Below, one piece after another: positions 52,815 through 57,465 of a stretch of DNA of 57,465 nucleotides. Position 1 is the first letter of the stretch. Each line of letters begins with the position of its first letter. The stretch spans positions 1 through 57,465 of the forward strand of contig JAHBMJ010000084.1 in the NCBI GenBank assembly GCA_018398765.1, read 5' to 3'. Origin of the DNA: Chromera velia (lineage: Eukaryota). Below the pieces are notes generated by a model, which ran no database searches, was not told the origin of the DNA, and saw only the letters and a program-made list of their open reading frames with translations. Both the position numbers and the translations under genes were made by a program.

Positions 52815-53920
52815 CTCCTTGTGACCCAGCGTCATTCCCCCCAAACCTCCCGCCAAGTACCTCAAAACACCGGGCTCTTGCGAGGGATCGTCACTGTCCC
52901 ATAGATCACTCTGTTTGGTACGTACGCGTCCTAGATTGAGACGCACTAAAAAGAAAGACGCAAAAAAATAGGAAGGACTCACAGAGAGAAAGGACAGGTC
53001 ACCAAAACCATCGAAAGAAGAGCAAAATCCATTTGGCAGAGAAGAACAAAAGGCGATGAAAGGTGCGTTCGCTCTCACAGTTGACAGGAATGCAGTCTGA
53101 GAGATGCGGCAGACACTTGATGAGTCGTTCACCTTGCTGCTCCTAGACGACATGAATGAGCCAACCGGATTTTTTCAGTCTAAGACTTCTGCATGCCGAT
53201 TAACAAGCTTGATGAAAAACGAGAAAAGAGTGGTAAGATGTGCCAAGAGTATTGATCAGACACTCAAACTTTTGTTTGCTTTGGTAGGTTCTTTCTTCTT
53301 CGAATTGTTGTAAACCGACCTCTTTCAGTCTCTCGATCTGGGGTCCCTTCAGGGCTTTGGAAGCAGCCCCCTCTCCCTCCTTCCCAGAGCTCCAAAGGTT
53401 AAACAAGACAAGCAGAGCTTCCTGCAGTCGCATCGACAACAGAAAACAATTATATACGTCATCTAGCAAGGCGTGTGCAAGCAGTTCAAAGAATTAGAAA
53501 CAACTGCGCACAGACTCATAGCCCACAAGAAAAGAAAAAAAAAAGATAAGAAAAAAAAAGAAAGAAAAAATGAAAAAGCAAGGGGGGAAATGCCTTTCTG
53601 GCATCAGTCTCCGGTACATACAGAGAATCTCTGAAAAAGAATTCAGAAAATTAAGTTTCGAAAAAAGAGAAAGGAAAAATCCTGAAGAGCCTTTTGAGAA
53701 TCAAAAGTCCCAAAAAAGAGGGTCAAGAGAGTGATCCAAAGTTACACGAGGCTCACGCTGACCTCCGAGATATCTGAATTCTTCTACAGGCGAGAGTGGT
53801 CGCGAAACGATCATTAAAGAACTCTTTTCGCATGTAAGATTTCGCCCACATGAAAGAAAGCACGCCAGAGTAAGCAATATGATCTCCCCCCCCGGTTCTC
53901 CGCTCTGTGCTCTCTGTGCA

Positions 53921-54318
53921 GGATCGTTATACAGTTGTCCTGGGCCTGACGCAGGACTCGCCACAAAGCCGGAGAGTTCAGAGGGAGGGGATGTATGAGT
54001 GGGGGTGGGTGGGAGGGCTGTCGGTGGGACGGGAAGGACGAGTGGAAAGAAAGGAAGGATGACCGGGTTGAGAAAATTGAGAATCATCGTCTGACTCATT
54101 CCACCAAGTTCCTGAAGCGATACTGGGATTGCTCGAAGATGCTGCCTCAGAAGGCGAAGGATGGACTGACTCTAGGGACTGACTGCCCCAAACTCGGCAT
54201 GTTGCCGGTGGAGTCTGAATCAGACGAAGACTCATTCATGTCTGAGTCCGATTCCACGTCGGATGCAAATTCGGACTGGGACGCTTCTTCTGCGACATCT
54301 GCTACGGCTGCTGCCTGA
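53921..54318 (+). pseudogene. Possible frameshifted terminal-exon fragment with an acidic/Ser-rich C-terminus
   Basis: TGTGCAG acceptor at ~53920 with coding-like sequence in two frames, ending ESESDEDSFMSESDSTSDANSDWD...; no homology recognised. Confidence 0.2.
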
Positions 54319-54625
54319 AGTCCATGTCCTCTTTGGGCGGATCGTATGAAACCGTATACGAATTCCCTCCCAGCGTAACCTCATAGGTGGAATCGCTGCA
54401 AGCAGATCAGTCAGGTCAAACCAGAATGAGAACGAAGGAGAGCATACAGTCCTTTTGCGTTGCCAGCGGCGTCCTTCATCGTTCCCAGCAGATACATGAA
54501 GCCAGGAGAACAAGACGGGAGTAAGAAAGGCAACTATCTGCCTGTCCGGGACTGCTGGAAATTTACCAGGAAAGAGGAAACGATTAGGCTACAATCAAGA
54601 TTTACTACAGTCTGAGAGAGACTGA

Positions 54626-54899
54626 CTAGTCATTGGACTCCCACCGAATGTGCGGCGGAGGTGGAGTACTTCGGAAACGAAATCTGGCAAAGGTCTCGTT
54701 GGTCCCTGCAAAAAATTAAGAGAAGGACAGAGACAGGGATGCAAGCAAAAGCATAAACGCACACAAAGAGAGAGATCGAGAGAAGCAGATGGATAGAGAC
54801 AGGCATCTTAAACAAGAGAGACGCGTGCATAAGTCTTCGTTACGATTCTCAGAGCATTTCCGAGAAGAAAGGCATCGGTAAAGGCAGAAGAGAGAGAGC

Positions 54900-54973
<74 letters not shown>

Positions 54974-55939
54974 CTGGCAGTCAAGCACGAAGAAACGCAC
55001 AAACTCTTTCTGTTCTTTCCTCCCTGAGTACCTGACAGGTAGTGTGCTGACAGCTAGATTCATTGCTGACATATGAACAGTTACTGACTGATCGGCTGGA
55101 GGACGTTGGCAAGAGAACGTTCGAACGCGATGGCTTCATCCGTCTCGGGCTCCCTGGGCACATGCTGCAAAGAAGTCAAAAAGGAGGTGGAAAGACAAAT
55201 GAATCTCTCTGTGAATTCTTCTCAAGACCTCTGCAAGTTTGAAGCGACCCGCACCCCCTGTCCATGCAGCCAAATTCGAATTAAGGAAATGAGACGCCAA
55301 TGAGGATCGAGAAGCTGAATGAATGAGGGAGTTCACCCGCGGTCTCATGGTAGCAAGGAAAAACCTGTCTCTAAACAAGTTGTGCTCATTTTTTGACCAA
55401 ACATGTTGCAGAGGCATCTGGCAGGCATGGGTTGTCGTTCTCTTCTTGTTTCATGAGTTGTCTGAGTGCACAAAGGATCCCACTTCTTTTCGCACTAACG
55501 GCCGGATCATCAGGGAAAGCGCAGGCGGGGGGTTTGGAGTATTGAATTAAATGTAGCATATATGTACGAGGAAAAGCTTACACTATTTCTGAGGGGAGTT
55601 TGGCGTCGGGGCGCTCCGCACGTTGGGATGCCACCATCAAGGCCACCTCCTTCGAAGCCTGGAAGGACGTTGGGTAATTTTCGAATTCCCCATCTCCAAC
55701 AAAGAATCCCTGGTTCTTGCTCGGGTCCCCCTCGACGTACACACCCCACCCCCTCACCTCGTCGCACACAGCCACCGTGATTCTGATCTTGGTCTCTCTT
55801 GTCTCGATTGTCTGGGGCTGCTGCATCTGAGCTAGGGAGGGAAGAAGGTAGACGGCAGAGGGAGACTGGCGATTTTTTGCTGCCGTATCTCCTCTGCCGT
55901 CATCTCAGGGGGAGGGGGCTGCTGTTGCTGCTGCTGCTG
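54626..55939 (-). CDS. Putative spliced gene or pseudogene with a degenerate RNase H-like domain (contains duplication copy 2, 55508-55939)
   Basis: QQQPPPPEMTAEEIRQQKIA | 35-nt GT-AG intron | TQMQQPQ...IRITVAVCDEVRGWGVYVEGDPSKN...SFQASKEVALMVA. Terminal exons 55164-55089 (HVPREPETDEAIAFERSLANVL) and 54705-54626 join in frame. Middle exons and the start are unresolved. Confidence 0.35.
54889..54972. repeat. (GA)n microsatellite
   Basis: Direct read. Confidence 0.95.
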
Positions 55940-56536
55940 AGCATTCTGGTTGCATGGGCAGGGCTCTCAGGTTCACCAGGAGCAGCACTGACAGACACAA
56001 GAAGAGGGTGAAAGACACAAGGACGGAAAGTAAGAAACAAGGGATAAATCAAGCCAGCACAAGGGACCAAAGGAGCAAAAGGAATGAAGGGCGGCCTTAG
56101 ACGGACGTATTGACTCAATGAGTGCTACAAAAACTTCAAGAAGACACAACATGCAGGGATCGCTCGGTTTCAGACAGTCTGTTCCTCCCATCTCTGTTCG
56201 AGTGTCTCTCTTCGCCTACCTATCCAGTCACCCACCCATGCTCCCCATCCCCTCCACACCGACGCACCTGGCTGCTGCTGCTGCAGCCGCTCCTGCCTGC
56301 TCTTTTTCTCCTTGTCTCTCTGAGACGTGGCAGGGAGGTAGTGTAGGTAAAGCGAGTGAGTGAGTTAGTGCAGAAGCGGCAGAGTACGGCCGAGGACTCA
56401 AATGTGCGCACGGATGAAAGACGACTGGGATGCTCCCACGCAGGGTCTAAGAAAATCCAGCAACAAAACCCACGTGAGATTTAGGCCAAAAGTGAAAGAG
56501 GCTCTCGTTCGCAAACTCTATCGAAGAAGCTACGTA

Positions 56537-56856
56537 GGGGCAAAAGAGGCGCCAAAAAAATTACCAGAAGAGAAAGGAGACAATGAGAGAGAGAGAGAGG
56601 GCCCAACCATTCCACTCGACGAACTGTCTCCTCCTCTGTCGGGGGGTTGCAGGTCCTCTCCAATCTGCAGTCAGGTGCTCAACCATGAAACCCCTCAGTC
56701 AGTGAACAGGCGGTTAGTTGAGTCTTTCATGCGGAGGTGGACCGCACACTCTTTGCTGTTGTGGCACCACACTTCTGTGTTTTGATATATTTTGCCTTTC
56801 GCCCTACTTCTCTGAGAGTCAGGCATTGCTCCTCCCAGCCTGACGAAGGCACATGC

Positions 56857-56913
<57 letters not shown>

Positions 56914-56957
56914 GTGTTTGTGAGTGTGTGTGTATGTGTGTGTGTGTGTGTGTGTAC

Positions 56958-56993
<36 letters not shown>

Positions 56994-57377
56994 TGTGTGT
57001 GTACGGTGTGTGTGTACGGTGTGTGGGTACGGTGTGTGTGTACGGTGTGTGTGTACNGGGGCAAAAGAGGCGCCAAAAAAATTACCAGAAGAGAAAGGAG
57101 ACAATGAGAGAGAGAGAGAGGGCCCAACCATTCCACTCGACGAACTGTCTCCTCCTCTGTCGGGGGGTTGCAGGTCCTCTCCAATCTGCAGTCAGGTGCT
57201 CAACCATGAAACCCCTCAGTCAGTGAACAGGCGGTTAGTTGAGTCTTTCATGCGGAGGTGGACCGCACACTCTTTGCTGTTGTGGCACCACACTTCTGTG
57301 TTTTGATATATTTTGCCTTTCGCCCTACTTCTCTGAGAGTCAGGCATTGCTCCTCCCAGCCTGACGAAGGCACATGC

Positions 57378-57432
<55 letters not shown>

Positions 57433-57465
57433 TGTGTGTGTACGGTGTGTGTGTACGGTGTGTGT
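56537..57465. repeat. Tandem near-exact duplication (56537-57056 vs 57058-end, offset 521) across a single N; includes (TG)n/GTACG microsatellite
   Basis: The unique ~330-bp parts appear identical; the junction is an N at 57057. Probably an assembly artefact. Confidence 0.85.

Noticed and set aside
56537..57465. 521-bp tandem duplication as a biological repeat
   Set aside because: The unique parts look identical and are joined by a single N next to a microsatellite, which is typical of an unmerged contig overlap.

Overview
Intron-rich eukaryotic nuclear DNA, most likely from a chromerid alveolate such as Chromera velia. This is inferred from the combination of a CPW-WPC protein, a bipartite-targeted plastid Alb3 insertase, a flagellar dynein and TGCATGCA-rich promoters. 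In order, the window holds: a TPR + DUF4246-like (2OG-Fe(II) oxygenase fold) gene (+, 1339-7028); a doubtful low-complexity gene (-, ~7.9-10.3 kb) with an intronic 69-bp tandem repeat; a secreted single-domain CPW-WPC gene (+, 11207-12240); a ~50-exon single-headed inner-arm dynein heavy chain of the DNAH3/7/12 type (-, 13361 to ~39180); a divergent plastid Alb3/YidC gene (+, 39894-43764); a 5'-truncated LINE remnant; and a repeat-rich, poorly coding distal region with a duplicated RNase H-like exon block and a probable assembly duplication. The two most interesting signals are two HU/IHF-like (CCDC81-type) domains spliced in frame onto the dynein N-terminus, and a 5' splice-site consensus dominated by GTCAGT instead of GTRAGT. 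All exon models and domain calls were read by eye; no database searches were run.
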